Source: an uncultured Verrucomicrobiae bacterium (GTDB taxonomy: Bacteria; Verrucomicrobiota; Verrucomicrobiia; Chthoniobacterales; JAATET01). Taken from it: 64,000 nucleotides of DNA. The position numbers and the translations under genes were made by a program. Within the stretch, counting starts at the first letter, position 1. Every line of letters starts with the position of its first letter. Shown in pieces: positions 20,851-31,211 of this stretch. The stretch covers positions 192,001 through 256,000 of the forward strand of contig CAVRCI010000002.1 of assembly GCA_963719495.1 (NCBI GenBank), given 5' to 3'. The notes under the pieces were generated by a model, which did not search any database, was not told the DNA's origin, and worked only from the letters and a program-made list of their open reading frames with translations.

Positions 20851-21446
20851 GTTGGCGAGTTCAGGAGAGCGGCGAAGAGTTCGGCTTGGGCCTCCAGAAA
20901 CCGAGGTGGCCCGTCGTTCCAAACGATGTGGTCGGAACGCCGCATCTTAACTTCAAGTCCGAGCTGGGATGCGAGTATTTTCCGAGCGATTTCCGTGGGC
21001 ATGTGCCGGTCACGCTCGAGTCTCCGCAGTTGGAGCGTCGCCGGGCAGGCGACCAAAACCGTGAGATCGAGCTCGGTTTCCGCGCCCGTTTCGAAGAGGA
21101 GGGGAATCTCGACGAAGAAATTGCGACCCACCCCGGTGGCCCGAGCAGCCGCAGCAGTCCAGCGGTTTCGAATGATTGGATGGAGGATCGATTCGAGGCT
21201 CCGGCGCATGGCGTCGTCTTCAAAGACTATCCGTCGCAGAAACGCACGATTTACATCGCCGTCGGCGGAGAAAGCTTCCGGCGAGATTTCGGCAGCGACT
21301 CGCTCCCTCACATCGGTGTTGCGATTCAATAACTCGTGCCCACAGCGATCCGTGTCGAAAAATTCGCCCTCGACCCGCTCCAGAAGCAGATTGCGAAAGC
21401 TGGATTTGCCGGACGCAATGCCGCCAGTGATGCCGATGCGGGGCAT
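20847..21446 (-). CDS. coaE: Dephospho-CoA kinase
   Basis: IGITGGIASGKS, LESILHP, EIPLLFE, SQL. Confidence 0.93.
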   Translation of the reverse strand: MPRIGITGGIASGKSSFRNLLLERVEGEFFDTDRCGHELLNRNTDVRERVAAEISPEAFSADGDVNRAFLRRIVFEDDAMRRSLESILHPIIRNRWTAAAARATGVGRNFFVEIPLLFETGAETELDLTVLVACPATLQLRRLERDRHMPTEIARKILASQLGLEVKMRRSDHIVWNDGPPRFLEAQAELFAALLNSPT

Positions 21447-21569
21447 GGAGATCGATGGGGTTCAGTCGAGGTTGGCGGATGGAGGTGGCGGAACCACGAG
21501 GATTCAACAAAAAATCGGCGGGAGAGGATCAACCCCGCCCGCCGACTTTCAAGCCCATTGGCTGAGCTC

Positions 21570-24167
21570 CTATTTGTAGCCGCCCTTGATCTCGTAGGCC
21601 GGAGGAGGGACCGAGTCGGGCACCCCAAGGAGTTCCACGATCTCTTCCTCTTCCTCACCGGAGCGGACCCGCTTGCCTTCGGCGTCCATTAGGTTCGCGG
21701 TGACGAAGATGATGAGGTTCTTTTTGATTTTCTGGTCCACGTCGGAGCGGAACAATCGGCCGACGAGTGGGATGTCACCAAGAACGGGCACTTTGTCTTC
21801 GACTTTCTGCACGTCCTCACGGATGAGCCCGCCAATTGCAACGGTCATTCCGTCCCAGATCGTGACATTAGTGGTCACCTTCCGAGTGCTGAAGACCGGC
21901 TGGTTGATCACATTCGATGTGACGACCTGAACGCGCGGGGTGAACAGATTGGCAAGCTCGCCGGGATCGATGCCACGAATCGGGGTTCCGTAGTCGATGA
22001 AACCTTCGAAGTCGACCACCTCGGGCGAAAGCTCCAAGTCGATCGTGTAGTTGTCGGGGCCAACGACCGGCGTGACGTCGAGGGTCACGCCAGTGTTCCG
22101 GGTTTCAAAAGCCGTTGGAGTCGTGGGAGTGATGACGCCCGATGTGACGAAGCCCTGAGCCGAAATGGACCCACTGCTGAGCGTGCCGGTCGACTGTGGG
22201 ATCTGTGGCGGATCGAACTCGCTGGGGTAGCGGAACTCGCGAACGATGTTGATCACCGCCTTGGAGCCGCTCTTTGTCGTGACCTTGGGTGCGGACATCA
22301 AGTCGATCCCTTTCTTCTGGTTGAGTGCTCGAATTGCCAGCTGGAATTGCGGATTCGTGAAGACGCCGGAGAGTCCGAAGATCGCGGGGGACACACCGGC
22401 TGGAACCTGCCCGAGGAGTCCATCGATCCCGTTGACCGAGATGGCTTCGCCGCCTGCTCCCTGCCCGGAGCGAAGGCCGCCAGTGACGTTATTCTGACCG
22501 ATCGGGCCGCCCCCGGGAGAGTTGAATGGGAACTCGGCGGAATTGAGACCGGGAGATCCGCCGGCTCCGTAAATCGGGCTGTTGGTCCCGCCAATTTGGA
22601 GGGGGCCGAGCGTCCAGTCGAATCCGAGTTCCTTCAGATTGTTCTGATTGATCTCGACGAACTTGGCCTCGATTTCGACCTGGGTCGGAGCTTGTCCGAC
22701 GGTGATGTCGACCAGCACGTCGATCAGATCGATGTTCTCCTGAGTGTTCCGGACGACGAGTCGGCTACCGGAGGCGATGTAGTTTGCGCTGGCTCCGGGT
22801 GGGAAAGCGATGCTCTGAGACTCGAGGTAGGTCTGCGCGTTCTGCCGTCCCTTGATTCGTTCCTCCGGGGTGGTATCCGAGTTGAACGTGAAGGACGAGA
22901 TGCTGGCCGTCTCTCCGGTGCTGGCCTGACTCGGAATAAAGGTCGGCGGAACGCGGTATTCCTTCGTGACCAAGGCGTCGGTGACTTCCGTGAGCGGCAC
23001 GATCGAAACGGCGACCGAATCGATCTTGATTTTGAGACCGGCCAGATCGGACAGGTAACGAAGCGCCTCGTAGAGAGGCACGTTGTTCAGCGCCAGGGTA
23101 ACGGTCGTGTCCTCGGTGGCCGTCGGTGCCGGTGCGGCATCGACATCGTCACCCGGGACGCCAAGAAGGCCGTCGCTGGCTGCGGCGGCGGAACCGCTCG
23201 GGACCTTGAGAAAAATATTCACGCCCTTTTTCGCGGGGTCAGGCTCGAGCGTGTCGAGCTGCTGACTGATCTGGCGGAGGTATTCGACGGCCTCTCGGAT
23301 CGTCGTGTCACGCAGATCGAGCTGAGGAATGATGATTCGATTCAGCTTGGCCGTGATCTGTTCGTTCTGGGCGGCTGGTCCGAGAGTCGTGTCGCGGATC
23401 GTGTCCTTGCCACCCTGAAATTTCTTACGGGGGAGTTCCCAGTGCTCGGTCACTTCCCAGAGAAGACGGCTCCGCGTCTCGTTGTAGGCATTCTCGTAGT
23501 AATCGCCCTTGGCGTTGGCAATTTTCTCGAGGCCCTTCTGAGCGGCGATGTTGTAGCGGTCGACGTTGAGGACTGCCGTGAAGCGTCGGGTGGCGAGATC
23601 GTAGCGCCCGGTGGTGAAAAAGCCTTCGGCCTCGATCAAGAGCTGAGAGACCTCATCACGGTCGGCGGCGAATTGCGGCGTGACCGTCTTGTTGTAGTAA
23701 TCCGGTTGCTCGAGTTGGGAGAGCAGTTTGACGGCGGGGGTGTAGGTCGGGTTGTATTCGGGAAGCAGAATGGTCTTGGCGACCCTCTCGGCATCGGCGT
23801 AGCGACCGGTATCGATGAGCTCGTTGGCGTAAGCGAGGCCGGACTTGCTGAACTTGCTCAGGGTCTCCGAGCGTTCTCCGCCGGTGGCAGCCCCGGGGCC
23901 GAGGAGGTCGAGCGCATTCAAGTAGCTCTGGTAGGCGGTCTCGTAATCTTCCTTTGCCCAGGCGCGGTCACCTTCGGTGATGAACTGTCGTGCGATGACG
24001 ACGTCCTCCTGACGGCGCACGATCTCCCGTTCGGACTGTGAGCTAAGGGACCCGGTGCCCACGTACGTCTCGCCCTTGACTTGGGCGTGGGCGCTTTGGG
24101 CGAGGGAAACGAGCGCTGCGAGCAGAATACCCAGGCGCGTGGCGGTGAAGGAGAGGGGTTTGGTCAT
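21570..24167 (-). CDS. Amuc_1098-like secretin with TPR-like N-terminus (paralog 2)
   Basis: Signal peptide; QVEIEAKFVE, LMSAPKVTTKSG, RNTGVTLDVTP, GGLIRE, KVPVLGDIPLVGRLFRS, NLIIFVTA. Confidence 0.88.
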   Translation of the reverse strand: MTKPLSFTATRLGILLAALVSLAQSAHAQVKGETYVGTGSLSSQSEREIVRRQEDVVIARQFITEGDRAWAKEDYETAYQSYLNALDLLGPGAATGGERSETLSKFSKSGLAYANELIDTGRYADAERVAKTILLPEYNPTYTPAVKLLSQLEQPDYYNKTVTPQFAADRDEVSQLLIEAEGFFTTGRYDLATRRFTAVLNVDRYNIAAQKGLEKIANAKGDYYENAYNETRSRLLWEVTEHWELPRKKFQGGKDTIRDTTLGPAAQNEQITAKLNRIIIPQLDLRDTTIREAVEYLRQISQQLDTLEPDPAKKGVNIFLKVPSGSAAAASDGLLGVPGDDVDAAPAPTATEDTTVTLALNNVPLYEALRYLSDLAGLKIKIDSVAVSIVPLTEVTDALVTKEYRVPPTFIPSQASTGETASISSFTFNSDTTPEERIKGRQNAQTYLESQSIAFPPGASANYIASGSRLVVRNTQENIDLIDVLVDITVGQAPTQVEIEAKFVEINQNNLKELGFDWTLGPLQIGGTNSPIYGAGGSPGLNSAEFPFNSPGGGPIGQNNVTGGLRSGQGAGGEAISVNGIDGLLGQVPAGVSPAIFGLSGVFTNPQFQLAIRALNQKKGIDLMSAPKVTTKSGSKAVINIVREFRYPSEFDPPQIPQSTGTLSSGSISAQGFVTSGVITPTTPTAFETRNTGVTLDVTPVVGPDNYTIDLELSPEVVDFEGFIDYGTPIRGIDPGELANLFTPRVQVVTSNVINQPVFSTRKVTTNVTIWDGMTVAIGGLIREDVQKVEDKVPVLGDIPLVGRLFRSDVDQKIKKNLIIFVTANLMDAEGKRVRSGEEEEEIVELLGVPDSVPPPAYEIKGGYK

Positions 24168-24186
24168 CGGTTAAAACGGCAGCGGT

Positions 24187-26694
24187 TTAGAGGCTAGGAA
24201 GGGACAGAGGGTCGCCCGAGATGATCTCGGATCCGAGGGCATCGGGATCGGGCGCGGCGATAATTTCGTCCTCTTCGTCGGTGCGCAGGAGCGGTTGCCC
24301 GGCCGGATCGAGGAGCTGCGCCGTCACGAACATCACGAGATTGCGCTTGATGTGCTGGTCGGCTGACGAGCGGAACAGCCGCCCGATGAGCGGGATGTCA
24401 CCGATGATCGGGGTCTTGTCTTCGACCTTCTGGATGTCTTCCCGCATCAGACCGCCGAGGACGACCGTCTGACCATCGTAGACCGTGACCTGCGTCGTGA
24501 CTTGCCGGACACTGAAGATCGGCTGATTGATCACGTTTTCCGAGAGAACGAGGGGGACCGAGGGGCCGAGGAATGTCGTGAACGCGGTTTCAGTCAGGGT
24601 GCTTCCGATGACACTTTGCGCGACGGTGCCGATTGGGCTGCCGTAGTTGATGAAGCCGTCGAATTCGGTGACACGCGGCGAGAGGTTCAAGTCGATCGTG
24701 AAGCCATCGGGGCCGACGGTTGGCTCGACCTCGAGCTCGATCCCGATATTCCGGGTTTCGAACTGCGACGGCGTGGTCGGCGTGAAGACAGCGTTGTTTG
24801 CCGAAGCGGTCTGTGGGATCTGCGGTGGATCGAATTGAACGGGGTAGCGGAACTCGCGAACGAGCTGGATCGTGGCCCGCTGACCGCTTTTGGTCGTAAC
24901 TTTCGGGGCTGAGAGGAGGTCGATGCCCTTCTGCTGATCGAGGGCGCGCAGGACGACCTGGAACTGAGGGTTGGAAAAAACGCCCGCAAGAGCGAGGACG
25001 CCGGGTGCGGGTCCGGCGGGTCCGGCGAACAACAGTCCATCGATGGCGTTCGCGCTGATCGCGGTCGAGCCGCTCCGGTTGCCGGACGTCAGCGGTCCCG
25101 AGGTTGCCGAAGTTGCGCCGATCGGAAGCCCCGTTCCGGGTGCGGTGATGGGGAAGTCCCCGGACGAGATCTCACTGGTCCCGCCGGACGTTCCTCCTCC
25201 GCCGTACACGCCCGTTCCGAATGGGAGACCGAACTGACCGAGCAACCAGTCGAAACCGAGTTCCTTGAGGTTGTTCTGGGTGATTTCGATGAAGCGGGAT
25301 TCGATTTCGACCTGACTCGGGACGACCGTGGCGTCGAAGTCGACGAGTTGGTCGACGAGATCGAGATTCGGTTGGGTGTTGCGAACGATCAGGCGGCTGC
25401 TGCTGGCGAGGTAGTTGGCGCTGGCACCCTCCGGGAACTCGACGCCCTGGGCTTCGAGAAATTCGCGAGCGCCGGAGCGAGCAACCGTGGGCGAGTCGGC
25501 GGCGGCGCCGAAGCCTCCGCCGAATCCGCCGCCGGCGTCGCCACCCGCGGCTGGGGCGTTCGAGATGAAGCCGGGTGGGACCTTGTATTCCTTGGTGATG
25601 AGGACGTCGGTGCGCTCGCTGAGCGGAACCACGGCGACCGCGTAGGGCTCGACCTTCGTCTTTAGGCTGGCGGCGGTGGCAATGTAATTGAGCGCTTCGC
25701 GAAGGGGAACGTCGGTGAGCGAGAGGGTGATCCGCTGGCCGGAATCCGCACTGGCGGCGTCGAGCTTGAGCACGATGTTGATGCCGCGCTTGTTGGGGTC
25801 CGATTCTTCGGTGTCGAGGTCACGCGAGCGTTGCTTGATGAAGTCGAGAGCTTCGCGGACGGTGGCTTCGCGGAAGTTGATGCTGGGAATGCGGATGGTA
25901 TCCAGCTTCCGGTTGATGGCGCTCGTGCCGCGAGCGTCGATGATGGGTTGTTCGATGATTTGATTCGGGCCGTCGTCGTATTTGGTGACGGGTAGCTCCC
26001 AACCGCCCGATACGTCGCTGAGGAGCTCGCCGCGGGTGGTGTTGTAGGCGTTCTCGCCGTAGTTCTGCCGGGCGTTGTTAATCTTCTCCTGAAGTCGGCG
26101 GGCAGCGATGTTGTATTTGTCGACGTTGAGAACTTGATCGCAGCGTTTGAAAGCGAGGTCGAAGCGTCCGCTCTGGAAGAAGCCATCGGCTTCGCGCAGC
26201 AGTTGCTTGACGAGTTCGACGTCGGCCACGAACCCCGGGGTGATTGTCTTGTTGTAGCGGTCGGGCGCTTCCAGCTTGGCCAGCAAATCGAGCGCCGGTC
26301 CGTAGTTTGCGTCATAACGCTCGTCGAGGACGACGCGAACCGTCGTTTCCGCGTCTTCGTAGCGCCCTTCGGAGATGCGCTGTTCGGTGAGTTGAATCAC
26401 GGATCGCTTGAAGCCGTCCATCGCGGTTTCGCGAATCTCGAGGGTTGCTTCTCCGCCAGCGGGCAGGGCATCGACGGCTGTCTTGAAAAACGCGAACGCC
26501 GACTCGTAATCGTTGTTCATCAACGCCTCGGTGCCCTTGTTGAGAGCGTTTTGAGCGAAGTCCTGAGTCATCTCGCGACGACGAATCTCGCGTTCAGCGG
26601 CTCCCTGGACTCCCGACGTCTGAGCGGGTGCGGGAGCGATGAGAGCGAGGAGGAAAGCGGTTGCTCCGGTTACGATGAGGGATTTTCTAAGCAT
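24187..26694 (-). CDS. Amuc_1098-like secretin with TPR-like N-terminus (paralog 1)
   Basis: Signal peptide; QVEIESRFIE, LLSAPKVTTKSG, RNIGIELEVEP, GGLMRE, KTPIIGDIPLIGRLFRS, NLVMFVTA. Confidence 0.88.
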   Translation of the reverse strand: MLRKSLIVTGATAFLLALIAPAPAQTSGVQGAAEREIRRREMTQDFAQNALNKGTEALMNNDYESAFAFFKTAVDALPAGGEATLEIRETAMDGFKRSVIQLTEQRISEGRYEDAETTVRVVLDERYDANYGPALDLLAKLEAPDRYNKTITPGFVADVELVKQLLREADGFFQSGRFDLAFKRCDQVLNVDKYNIAARRLQEKINNARQNYGENAYNTTRGELLSDVSGGWELPVTKYDDGPNQIIEQPIIDARGTSAINRKLDTIRIPSINFREATVREALDFIKQRSRDLDTEESDPNKRGINIVLKLDAASADSGQRITLSLTDVPLREALNYIATAASLKTKVEPYAVAVVPLSERTDVLITKEYKVPPGFISNAPAAGGDAGGGFGGGFGAAADSPTVARSGAREFLEAQGVEFPEGASANYLASSSRLIVRNTQPNLDLVDQLVDFDATVVPSQVEIESRFIEITQNNLKELGFDWLLGQFGLPFGTGVYGGGGTSGGTSEISSGDFPITAPGTGLPIGATSATSGPLTSGNRSGSTAISANAIDGLLFAGPAGPAPGVLALAGVFSNPQFQVVLRALDQQKGIDLLSAPKVTTKSGQRATIQLVREFRYPVQFDPPQIPQTASANNAVFTPTTPSQFETRNIGIELEVEPTVGPDGFTIDLNLSPRVTEFDGFINYGSPIGTVAQSVIGSTLTETAFTTFLGPSVPLVLSENVINQPIFSVRQVTTQVTVYDGQTVVLGGLMREDIQKVEDKTPIIGDIPLIGRLFRSSADQHIKRNLVMFVTAQLLDPAGQPLLRTDEEDEIIAAPDPDALGSEIISGDPLSLPSL

Positions 26695-26781
26695 GGTCAG
26701 GGCAGTCGGCGGGGTGGAAAATGAAAGGGTCTCGGCGAACTCGAATTCGGTCTTAATCAGAGGCGGAAGGTGCCGGGCGGA

Positions 26782-27723
26782 TCAGAGTTTCAAGGCGGGC
26801 ACCTTGATTTCTTCCCCGGAGGCGCGTTGTATTAGTGCTTCGGAGTCGCTTATGTCAATGAGTTTGTATTTGACATCCGGCTCGGGCGCTACCGAGAAGG
26901 TTTCGTTCTTCATCACCTTGGTTTCCGAGCCGTCCCAGAGGTATTGGAAAAGCGCGAATCCGGTCGGGTAGTTGACTTCCTGGTCGTAAACCAGAACGAT
27001 TTTCTCGCCGGTTTCCTGATTTTGGACGGTGAGCTCCGAGACGTCGACGGTGAGTCCGCTGTCCCTGGTCTCGGATTTTTGCTCGTAGTTCATCACCTTG
27101 TAAGCGGTGCCGGCGACTGCGTCGCCGAGCTTGAGGAACTGAGTGGGGGATTGCAGGTCCCGGGTGTTGATCGTGAAGGTTTCGCCGTTGTCCGGGCTGC
27201 CGCTGAACTTGAGGCGAAACGGGATCTGGATGAATTCCTTGAGACGCAGTTTGGTGATGTAGGGGGGCTCGGAGGCGGCACTGGTCGGGTCGGTGTTTGC
27301 CTCGAACTCTTCGATGTTCGAGAATTTGTCGTTATCCGGATCGCGTTGGAGGATGTCGCCCAGAGAATAATCGAGGTCGTATTTCACGAGCCACTCGTTG
27401 GGGACCGGCGGGTGCAGTGGCTTGCTGTCCTTGCTGAGCGGATTCTCCGGTTTTCCATCGACGATGACGTAAGGTTTGGAGACGAAGAGAGATCCCTCGC
27501 TGGGAGTCCATTCAGCTGGCGATTTCAAGGATTCGATCTGGGTCTGAACCAAGTTGCTGTCCGGTCGGTCGAAGTCCGCGGAAGGCGGTTTGCGGCTATC
27601 GCGTTCGTCGAAGATATCGTTGAACGAGAGCGAGCTGAGAACGATGATCGCCGCGCAGGCGATGATGAGAAGACCGAGGACCGCCAGAATGACGCGGTCG
27701 TAGTGCTTTTTGAGCCAATCCAT
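26782..27723 (-). CDS. Amuc_1099-like pilus-system protein
   Basis: MDWLKKHYDR + TM helix; LHPPVPNEW; Ca-binding-like DPDNDKFSNIEEF..TDP; position in cluster. Confidence 0.75.
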   Translation of the reverse strand: MDWLKKHYDRVILAVLGLLIIACAAIIVLSSLSFNDIFDERDSRKPPSADFDRPDSNLVQTQIESLKSPAEWTPSEGSLFVSKPYVIVDGKPENPLSKDSKPLHPPVPNEWLVKYDLDYSLGDILQRDPDNDKFSNIEEFEANTDPTSAASEPPYITKLRLKEFIQIPFRLKFSGSPDNGETFTINTRDLQSPTQFLKLGDAVAGTAYKVMNYEQKSETRDSGLTVDVSELTVQNQETGEKIVLVYDQEVNYPTGFALFQYLWDGSETKVMKNETFSVAPEPDVKYKLIDISDSEALIQRASGEEIKVPALKL

Positions 27724-27749
27724 GTGGAATTAAGGGCAGGTCCGGAAAA

Positions 27750-28682
27750 CTAGGGTTGAGCAGTCGCCGAGGCGACTGGTTCCGGCGGGGTGAAGGTGAC
27801 CATCTCGATGAGAGCGGCGACGGTCAGTTTCTCCCGACCGACGATGACCTTGAGGCTCCCGGGCGCATCGGGAGTCCCGGTGACGCTCGGGTCGGCGGAG
27901 AAGGCGGAATCGGCGAATTCTTCGGTCCGACTAGGGCCTTCGAGTTGACTGTTGACCACGGTGAGATTGCGGATGATGAAAAATTGCTCGCTGCTCGCGA
28001 CGGCATTCAGGATCTGGCGGACCCGGCCTTGTTCGGCGACAAAGATCAACTCGAACGGGGCTTTGGTCATGATCGCGGGAGCCTCCGCATCCTTGGCGTT
28101 GCCTGCGCGATTGTTGTTCGGCCGCGGTGTCGGCGGACGACCGGACTCTTCGCTGAGCTCCGTCCGGTTGACGGCGGAGATCGAAGTCGCACGGAATTCG
28201 ATCAGACGGTCGACCAGAATTTTGATCGCGGCCAACTGACGGGCGAGAGGGCCGGCGGCACGGTCGTTCGGGAGAGTTCCCTGATACTTGCCGAAGCCCA
28301 TGTAGAAGTTCTCCGGCAGCTCGACGTTCCGGGCTTGGGCGGCTGCTTCGATTTCGGAGACGACGGCTCTCAGACGATCCTGAAACGCTTGCGGAGTAAT
28401 GTTTTCGTAGGGGAGCTGGGTTTCGGCCAGGTGCTCGAGGAAGGCGTCGGATTCCTTCGAGTAGTCTTCGAGCGAAGCGGTGAAGGCGTCGTTGTTGGCT
28501 GCGTTCGGGAATGGAGTCCGATTCTGAAGCTGCTGGAGCTTGCCGACCTGGGTGTCGTAAAGCTCGGAGACGGCGGCATATTTGCCGTAGGCGACGTTCA
28601 GAAAGTAGCCGAGCGCGCCCGCGACCAGAATGACGACGACGAGAAAGGCGGTGAGGAAGGGATTGTTTTTGACCCAGTTCAT
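27750..28682 (-). CDS. Amuc_1100-like (PilO-like) pilus-system protein
   Basis: MNWVKNNPFL + TM, coiled coil, LPENFYMGFGKY, FFIIRNL, IVGREKL; synteny. Confidence 0.75.
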   Translation of the reverse strand: MNWVKNNPFLTAFLVVVILVAGALGYFLNVAYGKYAAVSELYDTQVGKLQQLQNRTPFPNAANNDAFTASLEDYSKESDAFLEHLAETQLPYENITPQAFQDRLRAVVSEIEAAAQARNVELPENFYMGFGKYQGTLPNDRAAGPLARQLAAIKILVDRLIEFRATSISAVNRTELSEESGRPPTPRPNNNRAGNAKDAEAPAIMTKAPFELIFVAEQGRVRQILNAVASSEQFFIIRNLTVVNSQLEGPSRTEEFADSAFSADPSVTGTPDAPGSLKVIVGREKLTVAALIEMVTFTPPEPVASATAQP

Positions 28683-30430
28683 GGGAGGAGGATCGGATTT
28701 TTTAGCGGGAGGACGACTTGGTAGGAATAAGCCCACGTCTTGTCGTCCTGGGTGCTGCGCTTCGTGACGATTTTTGCGTTGTCGCCCGCGTTCACGTTGA
28801 AGATGTCGGACGACACGAGGTTCCCGACGAAGTCATCGATCACTTTGGCCTGGGCGGGGTTGTCGAGGTAGAGTCCATCGATTCGCAGGGCGTCGATGGC
28901 GGGCGCCGTCGCTTGATCAGCACCACCAGGTGCTTGGGGGGCCGAGGGCTGGATGCGGCTTCTGTCGGCTTCCGAGGCGCCGATCGTGATCGGGTTGTTG
29001 TTCGACAGTGGGGTGATTTGAGTCACCCAGATGAAATCGGCAGGAAGTTTTTGCCCGAGGTCGTTGATGATCGCCAGCCAAGCCTGGCGCTCGGCGACGG
29101 CGGTGAGGAGGGGTGCGGTGAGCGCCTCGAGCTTCTTCTTCTCGGCAGCGGCCCGGTCGAACGCGGCTGCGAACGTCTGAAGTTTGTTCGTTTCGGCCGT
29201 GACTTCGTCGAGAACCTGACTTTTGACCGTTGCAGCCTGAGTGAAGTAGACGATCCACATCGCGATCGCGAGAAAGACACAGAGAGCAGCGGCGACGAGG
29301 TAGGGTTTGCGACGGTCGAGATCGTGGGCTCGGATGACGGTCGGGGGACGAAGGTTGATCTCGACCGGACAATTGCCGAGCTGGCGGGCCGCCAGGCCAA
29401 CGATTTCGCCGAGAGCCGGGGCACTCTTGGACAACTCGGCCTGATCGACGGATGCGGCGACGGCGACGTTGCGGAATGGGTTGAAGAATTCGACGGGCAT
29501 CTGCATCTTCTCGGCGAAGAATTCGAGCATGTAGGGCATCGCGACGGTGCCGCCGGCGAGGTAGGCCCGGACGGGCTGGTTGCCGCGTTGATTGGCCCGG
29601 TAGAAGCTGATGGAGCGGGCAAGCTCGGCGTGCAAACGGGTCATCGTCGTGCGGGCGAGCTTCGCGATGCGGCTGGCAACGGGATCTTCGGGGTCGGCGT
29701 AGGAACCGCCGAGTCCGACGAGGCCCTTCTGGCGTTTAAGCGATTCGGCGCGTTCGACGAGCTCTTCGAGTTCTTTGGCGATCGCGACGCTGATGGTGTT
29801 TCCGCCAATCGGAATGCTGCGGCTGTAGGCCTTGTTTCCGTCGATGAAGATGAGGTTGGTCGTGCGGGCTCCGATGTCGATGAGGATCGAGCAGCCGGCC
29901 TGATCGCCGTAGTTGTAGCGAAAGGCGTTGTAGAGCGCCATGGGGGCGACGTCGATGACGCGGGGCGAGAAGCCGGCGCCTTCCACGGAAGCGTTCACTT
30001 CCTCGAGCGTGTCGGTCTTGATGGCGAGCAGGGCAACGTTGAGTTTGCCCTCTTCGGCCTCGCCCAGGGCTTGGTAATCCCAGACCACTTCGTCGATGGG
30101 GAAGGGGATGTTCTGCTGGGCTTCGAAGGCGATGATCTGATCGAGCTCGTGGGGCGTGGAGCCGGGGAGCGAGAGGTAGCGGGCGAAAACGGCTTGCGAG
30201 GGGAGTGAGTAACTGACGGGACCGGGCTTGCCCTTGGCGCTCTGGCGGAGCTGCTCGATGGCGACTTTGAGCTGACCGGATCGGGTGGCGTCGGCGCCCG
30301 GGTCGGCCATCAATTCGGTGGATTCGAAATTGAGGAGGGTGAGGGATCCGTCGGGTGAGACCTGGAATTCACCCAGGGTCACCGTCTGCATGCCCAGATT
30401 CAGGACACGGGTGCGGTTCGTTGCGGCCAT
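28679..30430 (-). CDS. pilM: Amuc_1101-like PilM (actin-like) protein with PilN-like C-terminal fusion
   Basis: FEAQQNIPFPIDEVVWDYQ, IDIGARTTNL, RSIPIGGNTI, LAGG, then INLRP + TM and a periplasmic region. Confidence 0.85.
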   Translation of the reverse strand: MAATNRTRVLNLGMQTVTLGEFQVSPDGSLTLLNFESTELMADPGADATRSGQLKVAIEQLRQSAKGKPGPVSYSLPSQAVFARYLSLPGSTPHELDQIIAFEAQQNIPFPIDEVVWDYQALGEAEEGKLNVALLAIKTDTLEEVNASVEGAGFSPRVIDVAPMALYNAFRYNYGDQAGCSILIDIGARTTNLIFIDGNKAYSRSIPIGGNTISVAIAKELEELVERAESLKRQKGLVGLGGSYADPEDPVASRIAKLARTTMTRLHAELARSISFYRANQRGNQPVRAYLAGGTVAMPYMLEFFAEKMQMPVEFFNPFRNVAVAASVDQAELSKSAPALGEIVGLAARQLGNCPVEINLRPPTVIRAHDLDRRKPYLVAAALCVFLAIAMWIVYFTQAATVKSQVLDEVTAETNKLQTFAAAFDRAAAEKKKLEALTAPLLTAVAERQAWLAIINDLGQKLPADFIWVTQITPLSNNNPITIGASEADRSRIQPSAPQAPGGADQATAPAIDALRIDGLYLDNPAQAKVIDDFVGNLVSSDIFNVNAGDNAKIVTKRSTQDDKTWAYSYQVVLPLKNPILLP

Positions 30431-30474
30431 CGAATTTGGAATAGAAGCGAAGTGGGTCGGTGGCTGGGAATGGG

Positions 30475-31095
30475 TCAGCGCGCCGGGGCCGCCTTCAGCG
30501 CTTCGTAGTAGTCCCAGAACAGGGGGGCGAAGGGAGTCTCGTCCTTACTCAGAACGTAGCCCGGGGTTTGCTGGAATTGATTCCACCACTGAGGTTTGCC
30601 CTTGCCGGCACCGATGCTCTGTTCGGCGACGATCTGACCCTGGCGGGAAATCGTGATGCCGACGGCTTGAGTGGCCTGCGCCTTGGAGGGTGTCTTGCCC
30701 TCGAAGAAGCGTTGGAGCGTCCGCGGGCTGACGAATGCGACCGAGTGCAGCTCTTTCCCGGGAGGAATGGCGACGTGGGTGACGGTGCCGACGAGGAGCG
30801 TCCCGGCGGGATTCTCCCGGCTCTTGTTGTCGAGCAGGATGTAGTAATTGAGGGTGAGTTCGTCGAGGAAGGGATCGGCGTTGCGCTCTCGGGGTTCGTA
30901 GGCGAACTCGGTTTCGACCATCATCCAATCCTGGCTATTGGCCTTCCGCTGCGGGCCAATCGTGAGATTGTAGACCGGAGTCGGCTCCAACGAGATGTCG
31001 ATATTCTGGACGGCAAAACCTGTGTTTTGGGCTTGGCCGAGGGGGGCAATCGAGAGGGCGAGTAGAACGAGGAAGGATCGGGAGGAAAGCTTCAT
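30475..31095 (-). CDS. Amuc_1102-like exported pilus-system protein
   Basis: Signal peptide MKLSSRSFLVLLALS; WMMVETEF, LTLNYYILL, LSKDETPFAPLFWDYYE; first gene of the cluster. Confidence 0.75.
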   Translation of the reverse strand: MKLSSRSFLVLLALSIAPLGQAQNTGFAVQNIDISLEPTPVYNLTIGPQRKANSQDWMMVETEFAYEPRERNADPFLDELTLNYYILLDNKSRENPAGTLLVGTVTHVAIPPGKELHSVAFVSPRTLQRFFEGKTPSKAQATQAVGITISRQGQIVAEQSIGAGKGKPQWWNQFQQTPGYVLSKDETPFAPLFWDYYEALKAAPAR

Positions 31096-31211
31096 TTTCG
31101 ACGATGAAATCAGTGGTTGAGAGGGTTGGTAGGGGTCGACGGACGGATCGTAGACAGCGGAATCGGGGACGTAAACCTGTTTGTGAAAACTCTTTTGCGT
31201 TTCAGGAAAAA

